A stretch of 64,000 nucleotides of DNA from Scyliorhinus canicula (lineage: Eukaryota). The stretch covers positions 26,276,276-26,340,275 of the forward strand of contig NC_052147.1 in assembly GCF_902713615.1 (NCBI RefSeq), written 5' to 3'. Positions 37,500 to 48,204 of the stretch are shown piece after piece; the stretch's first letter is position 1, and each line of letters begins with the position of its first letter. A model generated the notes under the pieces. The model was given only the letters and a program-made list of their open reading frames with translations, was not told the DNA's origin and searched no databases. A program made the position numbers and the translations under genes.

Positions 37500-39208
37500 G
37501 CCTTCCTTGCGCTACCATTATGTCTAGGAGTATCTCCAGGATGCACATCAGAGGTGGAGCCAGCCAGATGCTTACCTCATCCCACGACCTACCAAATCCC
37601 TGGCAGGCATCGTCTGGGGGTTCTGGAGGGCACCGGTGAACTTGATGGCGGCTCATTCACAGCCGTGCCACCCTGTTACGGGTAAATCTCGGGGGAGCTG
37701 GTGGCCACTATTGCCAGTCCATAGGATGGGTTCAGGTTGCCACCCTGTGTCCCCTCCCGTAAGTTTCTTGGATTCGCCTAGTGATGGAGGGGCAGCTGGA
37801 TTGAACCCCGGCTGCTTCTGTGTCGTCTGGCCCCGACAGACTGCTGGCTCGCCATTGCCTGCCCTCGGCCATGCTACTCAATGATTGGACCATGCTTTGC
37901 AGTGCCTCAGCTATTCCCATCTGAGACTGGGGCATGTCCTGCAGAACCTCATCAAGGCCAACCCGGTAGTGGGTCACGCTCCCCAGCAAGTCAGACAATC
38001 GACTGAGGACCTACGCCATGCCCGTCACTGACTGCGCCATGCCTTGGACACCTCCACTGATGCTGCTGACGTTGTGCACCAGGCTCTCCACTGTGGTCGC
38101 CACCCTAGCAGTGTTGGCCTCAGTGCATTGCTGGCAACATCTCCTGCATCCGTAGCCTCTGGGACTCCTCCAATTTCCTATGGATCTGCTGGAGTCTTGC
38201 CGGCGTCTCCCTTTGAATGTCCCTAGCATCTCCATCAGCTTCAGGATAGCACGTTCCAGAGGCTCAACATCTTGCCAGGACCCAGCTGGGACCTGGGATC
38301 TGCTGTCTCACCTGAACGTTCCTGCCTCCAGCTGATGTATATCAGCGACTGTGTGGTCCTCACCAGATTGTGCCCAGAAGCCTGACCACTAATATTGCCC
38401 ACCGAGGTGCATGTATCTGCGCTGGTGGAGGGTGCAGATGTGACATATCCATTGTGGCATCCACAGAGCTCTCCTCTGAGGTGGTCTCATGGGAGGCAGG
38501 GGAGGGGGTCATGTGGGGTGGGCCGGCGTATCGGCTGATGACCTGTGGGCGAATGAATACGTGGTCAGTAGGAGGAATGGATCAGTCTGTATGGCATTAG
38601 CAACACACATTTGACAGGTCCTCCAGGTGGGGCCCAATGGATCCCCACGCCTGTGGCGTGAGCTGACCTCCGCACTGGTGACCGCTCTGTCTTTGGTCAC
38701 CCCATAATCTCCACGGCAGGTTACTCAAAAGTTGTGAGGATTCTTCGCCTGTCTGGGCCCTCTCCTGACGATTGTGGGACAGCTTCTCCAATGGAGACGG
38801 AGAAGGCATTGTTAATAGCACATGTTATTCACGTTGGTGGGGGGGGGGGGGGGTGTGATGGAGGGTTTAGGGGGGTAACAGAGGGGGGTTGAAGGGAGGT
38901 TGTGGTTCAGGGTGGGTTGGGGGCAAATGGAACGTTGGGGGGTGCTGGCTTGTGGGGGTGGGAAAGTGTCTAAGGGGGAACGTCAACTCAAGCGGGTGGC
39001 CTGGTGTAGGTCGTTTACCTACTTGCAGCACTGGAGGCAAGTCTTCCTGGTCACATTTCCCCAGTTGACGGCCACTGCCTCTTCATCCCAGGCGGCATTG
39101 GCTCCGCTGTGGCTCACCCTCTGAGACCTCCAGGAGAACATGCAATCCCTATGACCATTGACCATCTAGGAGCCTCTCCAGGTCTCCGTCTCGAAACCTT
39201 GGGGCCAT
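37500..39208 (-). pseudogene. Harbinger-type Myb/SANT (NAIF1/MSANTD-like) DNA-binding protein, multi-exon, degenerate
   Basis: Exon 1 about 39208-38990 (trihelix), exon 2 about 38790-38640, downstream coiled-coil-like segments (ARVATTVESLVHNV...MAQS); stops and frameshifts. Confidence 0.68.
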
Positions 39209-39522
39209 TCGTCTCAGTGCCAATGACTGCGAGCTGAGTGAGGTTGGCTGTGCAAGTGCTGTTTAAGTGTTTCTTCATCTTGTTAGTGGGGGGCTGGCGA
39301 GCGCGCTCCCGTTGAATCGGCTGGCGTGCCTTCATTTGCGGCGTGAAGCCTGTGGGGCCTTGTTAAGTGGACCAATTTACGTTGTATTGCGTTGCCGGCC
39401 TCCTCAGGCCAAGCGCCGTGAAGCTCGCTCAGTTCCCGCTCGCTATCACACTTCGAAATCATTCGGGGAATTGTGCCCAATAATTCCATGATTGGCAGAT
39501 AGGTCTCAGGGAGCAGGTGTGT

Positions 39523-39962
39523 GGGACACGATTTCTTCCCCATGCTCATTAATCCAAGTCCCTAATGGACACTTAATACCTGCCGTAACTAGTGGAGATG
39601 ATGTGGAGTTTCTTCCAGTTCTCCGACCATCGCAGACCTTAAAGTCTATTCCCCGTTTGTGGGGACCAGCACTGAACAGCACTCACCTGAGGTCTCCGAG
39701 GTGAAGGGGTTAGATCCCAATGACTCAGGTAAATCAGGAAATACGTATTAGAGTGAGTCGAGCTGCTTCACTCTAATATGCAAATTTTCAAAATACTGAT
39801 CCAGCCCATTGTGGGCGGTTTTCAGATTGCGACGTCTCTCGATATCGCGTTCAATCTCGCGAGGTGCGGTGAGCTGGTTAGATCCTCGAAGAGGGATCTC
39901 GAGGAATCTACTGTCTGCGCCACGCCACCTTTCGGGCACAACGTGGTCAGTAGATCGCACCC
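39523..39962. mobile_element. Non-autonomous DNA element (MITE-like)
   Basis: Imperfect TIRs gggacacgatt / agatcgcaccc; internal palindromes such as tctcgcgag. Confidence 0.55.
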
Positions 39963-40880
39963 GTTTCAGAGACAAATGTGGAGAGCAAATGAGTCCAGGA
40001 GCTATTTGAGGACCAGGGCATCAATGGGCACATGGGTACCAGATCTTCCCATGGAAAATGGAGAACAGGCCACCTTCCAGCATAGGTTGATCTGTGGGCA
40101 TGGTGGAGATGAACGATGGTGTCACTGTTCAGTGCTCCACAGAAATGGAGCCAGTGTACCCGTAAAGGATGTCAATGGGAAGTAAAGTTTATTCAGTGGC
40201 AGTAGAGCAGAATCCAGTGCAGGGTGGGAACCAGCAGGAATAGATAAGAACCAGTTCAAAGCATGCTATGAAAAATTTCCAGCAAAGGAGCCGAAAACTA
40301 ATAGCAATAGCCTGTAAATCCTACATTTGACTGCTAATCGAGGTGAATGACTCCAATGGCCCTTCTTCCCCCAGGTTATAATTTGACTACATCAACTGCT
40401 GACCTTACCAGGAGCAAATCTCAACAAATATTTTGCGTGCTCACTAAGCTCTGACAATTGTACGAGGCTTTTGCATATTTTTCACATTTAATCGCAGATT
40501 TTCATTCCATTTTTCCCCAAGAGGGATTTCATGGGGCCAATTTATCTGCTTTAAAAGGTGAACCATCAATCAGGGTGTTGTCTCTTTGACTGGATTTTGC
40601 AGCAGGCTCAGTAAATCTGGAAAACTGGGATAATTCAGTCACATATGGTGTGGGGAAAAGGTCTCCTGTCCCGAGATGGAAATTACTTGTGACCTCGGAA
40701 GCCAATTTTTAAAAGCAGAATTTGCTGTTTAATTAAAGAAACAGTGCTCCTTTGTTATCTTTAGATCAAAGCTATGCTTATCCTAACGGTGCATGTTGCA
40801 ATGTGCTACCCAGTAATCCACCAGAAAATCTGTCCTCTGAAATGTGATGGTGATGATATGTGTCGGGGGAAAAACATCCA

Positions 40881-41058
40881 GGGGCTGGTTTAGCACAGGG
40901 CTAAATCGCTGGCTTTGAAAGCAGACCAAGGCAGGCCAGCAGCATGGTTCAATTCCCGTACCAGCCTCCCCGAACAGGCACCGGAATGTGGCGACCAGGG
41001 GAATTTCACAGTAACTTCATTTGAAACCTACTTGTTACAATAAGCAATTTTCATTTCA
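40881..41058 (+). mobile_element. tRNA-SINE type D
   Basis: ggggctggtttagc...ggttcaattcccgtaccagcctcc plus type B tail, ending in tttcatttca. Confidence 0.88.
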
Positions 41059-41309
41059 AATAAGGCATTGAGTTTATCTGACTGCATTGTGGCAGTTATG
41101 ATATGAATGTCTCATTTTACATAAACCCACAGCACTTGAAGTGCATTTCCTTTATGTAATATAGGGAGAAAGCAATGTCTTTTATTTATCTATTCCTTAT
41201 TGGCCATTTGGAAGTAACTGTTAAGTGCATTCTCAAACATGCACAGTGTGATCTTCCAACAAGTCTCAACCAGTGGTTAGAAGTTGCATTTCTGTCAGTC
41301 TTTATTTTT

Positions 41310-42225
41310 ATAGAATTATAAAATTGTCACAGCACAGAAGAAGATCATTCAACCCATCACCTCGATGCTAGCTCTCCTGAGGAACAATTCACACGCTGCC
41401 ACATCCTCGCCCTCTCTTCACATCCCTGCGCATTTCCAGATGTTCAGTAAGTTTTGAAAAATGTAGAAACATTTACGGCACAGAAGGAGACCCCCACCCA
41501 TCGTGTCTGTGCCAGTCAAAAAAACAGCCTTTTCCAGCACTTTGGTTATAGCCTGGGTCACGAGACTTCAGATGCACATCTAGACAACTTTTAAACGTGT
41601 TGAGTAACTAATTTTAAAGTTTCAGTGAGTTTCAGACCCCAACCATCCTCTGGGTGAAAGAATTTTCTCTCGTGTCCCCTCGGATCCTTCGACCAATCAT
41701 TTTAAATCTATGCCTCTTGTCATTTACATCTGTGTTTTTTTTTTATAAATTTAGAATATCCAATTCATTTTTTCCAATTAAGGGGCAATTTAATGTGGCC
41801 AATCCACCTAACCTGCACATCTTTGGGTTGTGGGGGTGAAACCCACGCAGACACGGGGAGAATGTGCAAACTCCTCACAGACAGTGACCCAGGGCCGGGA
41901 TTCGAACCCGGGTCCTCAGCGCCGTAGGCAGCAATGCTAACCACTGTGCCACCGTGCCGCCCTTTACATCTGTGTTAAGGGAAATAGATCCTTCCCCTCC
42001 GCTCTATCCAGGCCCCTCACAACCTGGTACATCTCAATCAAATCTTCCCTCAGTTCCACAGAAAACAACCCGAGCCTATCCAATGTTTCCTCAAGCTGCA
42101 ATTTGCCAATCCTGGCAATATCCTCATGAATTGCTTCTGTACTCTCTCTAGTGCAATTATATCCTTTCTGTGATGACCTGACCAGAACGCTACACATCAC
42201 TCAGTCTATGACCTAACTAAAGTTT
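41310..42225 (-). mobile_element. CR1 3' fragments with nested type C SINE (41737-41962)
   Basis: LDRLGLFSVELREDLIEMY motif; SINE TSD tttacatctgtgtt at 41723-41736 and 41963-41976. Confidence 0.85.
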
Positions 42226-42355
42226 TCGGCAGCACCAATATCAGTCCAGTATAGTTCCAGCTAGACTTGAAGATTGAACAGCAAGGCTGTGTGGGTTACT
42301 TCGTACATGTCTGTCTCTGGAATTTGTACCTTTGTTATTTCTGTGAGAAATAAGG

Positions 42356-42939
42356 GGCTGGATTCTAAGTTCTGATGCCAACGGAAGATCCGTGGAGTTC
42401 CACGTCAGTAGAATCGGCGCCAGACCCGCACCGATACGGCTACCGGTGAGGGGTTAGAACCGGTGCCGCGTGGAAGACCCGCAGAGCACGCAAAATCGGT
42501 GGGGGAATCGGCAGGTCCATGATGGACACGCGCAGGGCTGACAAGCTGCAGCCGCATGCACACGAAAGAACCCCCACACACGCACTGATCACATCAGAAA
42601 AGATAGCTCTGGTCCTGCTGCACCGCGTCCCTGTCCACCCCGACCTCACAGGCCACCTCCCGGCCATCCCCCACTACTACCCCCAACCCTGGCAGAGGCC
42701 CCCAACCAGCGGCATGAATGTCGGCGAATGTCAGAGGCGGAGCATCGTGGGTGGGCCCACTAATGAGAGGTGAGCGCAGTTGCATGTGCGTGGCATGTAC
42801 AGCAATGACACCATTTTGGAGGGGGCAGAGCATCCCGATTCAGTGTCAAACTGGTGCCTGCCGCGATTTTGGCGTCGGGAACTATTCTCCGCCCAATCAC
42901 CATTCCCGTTTTGTCATCGAGCACAGAGAATCCAGCCCC
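42356..42939. mobile_element. GC-rich MITE (family shared with 56979-57738)
   Basis: TIRs gggctggattct / agaatccagccc; internal homology. Confidence 0.82.
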
Positions 42940-43869
42940 ATGTTTTTATCGGAAAGAGTGCTAGCAGAAAAGAAGTGAGGCATCACATTTTGAAAGGCTT
43001 CATTTCTGGTGTTTACTGAAATAAAGGCCTTTTATTCCTCCTGCGACCCTTCACGTCCCCTGGATAGAACTCTTTAGCAAGTGGTCTGACCATGTTTTGT
43101 AATATGCCACTTGTTCATTCAGGCAATATCACTTCTCGGAGAGTGCTTGAGACAATTACATGCCAAGCTCAAGTTAAAGAAATTCTCTTGCTTCTTTCAG
43201 TGGACAGATAAATAGCAAAACAATAATCTTGTCTCCATGAATTGGAGAAACATAGGGTGGAATTGAATATAGATGACGAGGGTCTCGCCTGCCGCCTGAA
43301 GAGCCGGTGAGAGCCCTGCGCCGCTTTTGTCTGGGACGAACCACCCAATTCAGTGTCATTCAGGCACATACCTGAGCAACGCTGGGCCTTCCCTGGGATC
43401 AAGGATCTCAGGGCAGAGATACTGTCACCCGAGGGCTGCCAACCAATCTCACCTGGCAACCATATCGTCCTCCCTCCCTCTTAATTAACTGCCCCCTGCC
43501 ACCAAATTCATCATGGGCGAAGACATTCAATTTTGTCATAAGAACAGGAGCAGGTCATTTGGCCCCTCAAGCTAATTTTACCAATCAATGACTGATATGT
43601 ATTCTAAATCCATTTACATAGGAACGAAGAATATAGGAGCAGGAGTAGACCATTCAGCCTCTCAAGCCTGCTCCGCCACTCAACTAGATCATGGTGCCCT
43701 GGAGGGGGTCCATCTTCCAGCCTCAGAACATTCCTGGAAAACCATCTTCGTTCCTAGGAGGTCAATCTTCCAGCCACAGAGTGCTCCTGGAGATCCATCT
43801 TCATTTTCAGGAGGTCCACCTTCTTTCTTCAATGGTAGGTCAGTGATGTTGGACACCTTTTCAATATGG

Positions 43870-44278
43870 CGCCTGAAAGGATGGCAGGCAATGCGTTATC
43901 TGGCCTGCCCCGCCATGGAATATGACGCAAAACCCCGGGTTGCAAAACAAATGAGGTCTGATGATTTGCCGTGTTTTCCCGTCGGCCTCTGCGGCGGGAA
44001 ACACTCTAGGTTCTGGCCCCGCCATGGGACTTAGTTCCAGGATGGGAGAATTCCGCCCTGAGACTAGGGCCGGAGTTCTCCAGCCGTTTGCTGACAGTGG
44101 GGTTCTCCGGTCCCGCCGGCAGCGCATTCCCGCCTGTGGGTCTCCCAGCGGCATGGAGAAGCTTCATTGGGAATTTCCATTGACAGCAGCGGAAACAGAG
44201 GAACCCTGCTGCCAGAGTACGGCACGCCGCCTCCTGCTGCCAAGGAACACGCGGCTGGGAGGACGGGGAATCCAGCCC
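43870..44278. mobile_element. Two adjacent short MITEs (about 43870-44059 and 44066-44278)
   Basis: First ends ggagaattccgccc; second bounded by gggccggagttctcc / gggaatccagccc. Confidence 0.7.
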
Positions 44279-44505
44279 TAGCTTTCAATTCCAGATATTT
44301 CATTTCCATCAGCTGCCACGGTGAGATTTCAACCCATGGCCCCAAGGCATTATCCTGGCCTTTGGATTACGAGTGAGATTATGCCGCCATCTCCTCTATT
44401 ATGTATATCGCTGTACAAGCACAGTAAATGACTACTCCTCATCAGTTCGACCATCAGATCTTGCTCATGGGTGCGGCAGGCAAAATGCACTTTTTCTTAA
44501 TCCTA

Positions 44506-44682
44506 AAATAATAATAATAATAATAGCTTATTGTCACAAGTAGGCTTCAATGAAGTTAATGTGAAAAGTCCCTAGTCGCCACATTCCGGCACCTGTTCAG
44601 GGAGGCCAGTAGGGGAATTGAACCCATGGTGCTGGCATTGTTCTGCATTACAGAACAATGCAGAACATTGCTGAACCAGCCC
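44506..44682 (-). mobile_element. tRNA-SINE type D
   Basis: Type B tail with (tta)n end. Confidence 0.82.
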
Positions 44683-44754
44683 CAGAGAATGAATTCCATC
44701 CAGCAGCCCAAAGAAGGACAGAGGAGAATATTCTTCCAAACATACTCTTAGCTC

Positions 44755-45302
44755 ATAAAAATTTATAAAATTGCATTTTTAACAGTTTAACTTGGACAGG
44801 ACTGAAAGTGCAATACAGATTCAATTCTTTCCAAACAACCTGAGACTCCCTGAAGTGCCCCAATACACTGGCAATTACACATGATATTTACAGTATACAT
44901 CCCATGAGAAAAATACTTCCCAAGGGGCTTTACACAGTTACCAGCCCCTTGGTATACTATGGCAAGTTGATCTTAGGCAGTGTATTTTCCCCACTCGGTC
45001 TTTGCGATGGCTGCCCTAAGCTTTAGATCATCCCTCAGCACGTATTCTTGGACCTTGGAATGTGATCATTTGCAACACTCGGTCATGGACAACTGTTTGC
45101 ACTGAAAGACCGACAAGTTTTGCAATGGCCAAAGAACATCTTTCATCGGGTTGGCGGTCTTCCAGCAGGAGTGCTTCCCTGAGAACAGTCCGCAGAGCAA
45201 AGAGTCCAGTGTCACGGAGCTGCTCTGGATGAGCCTTATCAAAAAGCTCTGCACCTCTTTCCAGACCTTCTTTGCAAAGGCTTCTTCCAGAATTTGGTGG
45301 AA
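44755..45302 (-). mobile_element. Tx1/L1-clade LINE 3' fragment
   Basis: LLCGLFSG...KDVLW..NLSVFQCKQLSMTECC...HSKVQEYVLRDDLKL C-terminus followed by UTR. Confidence 0.78.
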
Positions 45303-45861
45303 GATCAGCGTGCTGAGGGGGTGCGACTCTGGGTTTGCAGGAAGGATCTGACAGAGAGGGTCTACCTCACCGTGATAGAATGGAATCCATCATGCCTTAT
45401 CTGTCTTAATCAATCCTGTGTCTCAAAAATGTGAGCTGAAGTAAAGACCCGTATCATTACTCTGTGTACGGCCCTCATTTATCAGTGACCGTGTGAGCAA
45501 ATTTTCCCTTGGTGAAATCCCTTTTAGGCTCAAATGGTTTTTTTATTGTTCGAAAAAAAGTCATTTGAATTTCTGGTTTGGTTTAACATCTGATGATGTA
45601 ACTTCTGGCTGCTCCAGACCTTCGAGGCTGCACGAAATGTTATCATTCAATTCTCATCAGCATCAGCCCAATCAGTAATAATCAGTCCCACATTTCACTG
45701 TTATTGTGCTGTTGGGCTGTAGTTGTTTCAGCGATAGCCCGAAGACTGCTAGCTATAAAAACAAAAATAACTAAAAATATATTTAAATCAATATACAGGC
45801 TCAGATTTGTTTCTGGGCCAAACACGAGCTGGCATTTTTATCGAATAAAATGATAAATAAT

Positions 45862-46068
45862 TGGGCGAGATCTTCTGGCTGTTCACGGCGACGGGATCCT
45901 CGAGTTCCGTTGATGGCAGCGTGCGGTGGATTCAATGGGAAATTGCTCCCATCGTTGGGACAACAGTGGGACCAGGTGATGCCACCATTGGCCAATGGTA
46001 GGCTGCCTCCCACCTCTGAGAAACATGCTGCAAGAGGGGGAGGGGGAGGGGGCAAGAGAATCCCACCC
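45862..46068. mobile_element. Short MITE (about 200-bp family; also 53779-53917, 59365-59550, 60103-60231, 63400-63560)
   Basis: TIRs gggcgagatcttc / gagaatcccaccc; shared ccattg-type core. Confidence 0.7.
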
Positions 46069-46073
46069 AATAT

Positions 46074-46489
46074 TTAAATAAAAAATTAATTTTGAGTACC
46101 CAATTCATTTTTTACAATTAAGGGGCAATTTAGCGTGGCCAATCCATCTAGCCTGCACATCTTTTGGCTTGTGGGGGCGAAACCCACACTGACACGGGAG
46201 ACTGTGCGAATTCCACACGGACAGTAACCCAGAGCCGGGATCGAACCTGGGACCTCGGCGCCGTGAGGCAGCAGTGCTAACCACTGAAATGAAATGAAAA
46301 TCGCTTATTGTCACGAGTAGGCTTCAATTAAGTTACTGTGAAAAGCCCCTAGTCGCCACATTCCGGCGCCTGTCCGGGGAGGCTGGTACGGGAATCGAAC
46401 CGTGCTGCTGGCCTGCTTCGTATGCTTTAAAAGCCAGCGATTTAGCTGAGTGAGCTAAACCAGCCCCACTGCGCCACCATGCTGCCCCT
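46074..46489 (-). mobile_element. V-SINE type C with nested type D SINE (46287-46465)
   Basis: Outer TSD ccacccaatat (46063-46073, 46490-46500); inner TSD ccactg (46281-46286, 46466-46471). Confidence 0.92.
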
Positions 46490-47446
46490 CCACCCAATAT
46501 ACTTTAATTGCTAAAATGGCAATTGGGGTGCAATAATCATAATTATCCATCTGAACAATTTGTGTATTATTTTCACTTTGGGATTCATATTGCTAGCCGT
46601 TCAGGAATTCTGCATGGAATTGCCCTTTTGAAAATAGAGGTATCCTGCTTCTCCGGATAATCATCAGCCCAAAAGCCAAATCACATTTTCAGACGTCAGC
46701 ACCTCTTACGCAGCTTGTTCCACTTGCGCCTCATGAATTGCGGAGGCGAACCAATAGCGAGTGGCTGAGGAGGGCCTCAAGCCTCCCACTTTAAACTTGC
46801 AACGGATGCTCCACATTGCTGCTTCAGGTAATAAAGAGTCAGGATTTGCAAACTTCAACTGATAAGAATGCAAGATACTTCAGCGCAACTCACATCACAT
46901 TATTTCTGTCGACACTTGTGAACCGAAAGGAGCTACATTCCAGATCCATTCAGAGTGAAAAATAACATTTCTCAGTTTCCAACAACTGAATGAAATATAA
47001 TCCTATAGGGATTCTGAAACTTCAGTTTAAAACGAAGTAAAACGGGCATTTGTTCAAAGCTTTAATATCACAAAGGCCGATCTAGATATCTGAAAAGCAG
47101 CAAGGGCTTTGTAATTATAGTATTGACAATTGACTGGAAATGACAGTGAGTGATGTTATCATTTGAGCACCTAATGCACTCATATCAAATTCTATTCCCT
47201 GGTATTTTAAAAGAGGCACCAGTCTGTTTAATTTATTTGAGTTAACACCCACTTTAAAACAGAGATTGCAAGGTTACTTCTCTCTGTCTGTCATTTAAAG
47301 TTCATGACTTTAAAATAAAATCATGAAGTGAAAAATCTAGCTGTTTTCTTCATAATTTCAGACTTATCAGGATGATTCAAACAAATAATTGGCCAGCCTG
47401 CAGCAGTCAAGTACTTCAAGGTGGATCAGTGAGTAGGAATTGCTAT

Positions 47447-48204
47447 ATAGAATGATAGAACCAGAGAAAGGTTACAGTGCAGAAGGAGGCCATTCAGCCC
47501 TTCATGGCTGCGACAGCCACAAAAGAGAAAAAAGAAATTAGCCGTTCATTTTAATCCCACTTTCTGGGACCTGGTCCCTGTTACAGAACTTTAGATGCAG
47601 ATCCAGGCACCTATTAATTGAGTTGAGTTTTTCAGTCTCAACCACCAACTTAGGCAGTGAATTCCAGGCGCCCACCACCATCTGGGTGAAAAGGTTTTCC
47701 CTTATGTCCCTTCTAAGCCTTAAATCTATGCTCCTCAGTAACTGACCCTGCCACTCGGGGAAACAAGCCTTTCCTGTGCACCACATCTCGGCCCCTCATA
47801 ATTTTGCAAACCTCAATTGGGTCACCCCTTGGTCTCCTCTGTTCTGATGAGAACAATCTGAGCCTATCCAATTTCTCTCCATAGCTGGAGCTGTTAAGCC
47901 CTGGCAACAGTCATGTAAATCTCCCCTGCACCCTCTCCAGACCAATCATGCCCTTTCTGTAATGTGGGGACCAGAATTGTACACACAACTCCAACTGTGG
48001 CCTAACCAGTGTTTTATACAGTTCCATCATCAAATCCCTGCTTTTGTATTCAATATCTCGCCCGATAAAGGAAAACATTCCATATGCCTTTTTGACCACT
48101 GTGACTACCTGTCCTGCCACCTTTAAGGACCTGTGGGCATGCACTCCAAGATCTCACACTTCCTCAACCCCTCTCAATATCTTCCCATTTTCTGAGTATT
48201 CTCG
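47447..48204 (-). mobile_element. CR1 3' fragment
   Basis: LYKTLVRPQLELCVQFWSPHY motif; UTR and tail. Confidence 0.9.

Larger units (their letters stand above)
36260..39478 (-). mobile_element. PIF/Harbinger-like DNA transposon derivative with Myb/SANT-like gene and no transposase
   Basis: Minus-strand APRFRDGDLERLLD...AAWDEEAVAVN...RKTCLQCCK*VNDL, then after an intron EKLSHNRQERAQTG. Right end ggggaattgtgccc resembles the MITE TIRs. Confidence 0.72.

Noticed and set aside
40881-40970. tRNA gene candidates here and at other SINE heads
   Set aside because: The A and B boxes run directly into multicopy SINE bodies, and the cloverleaves are imperfect.
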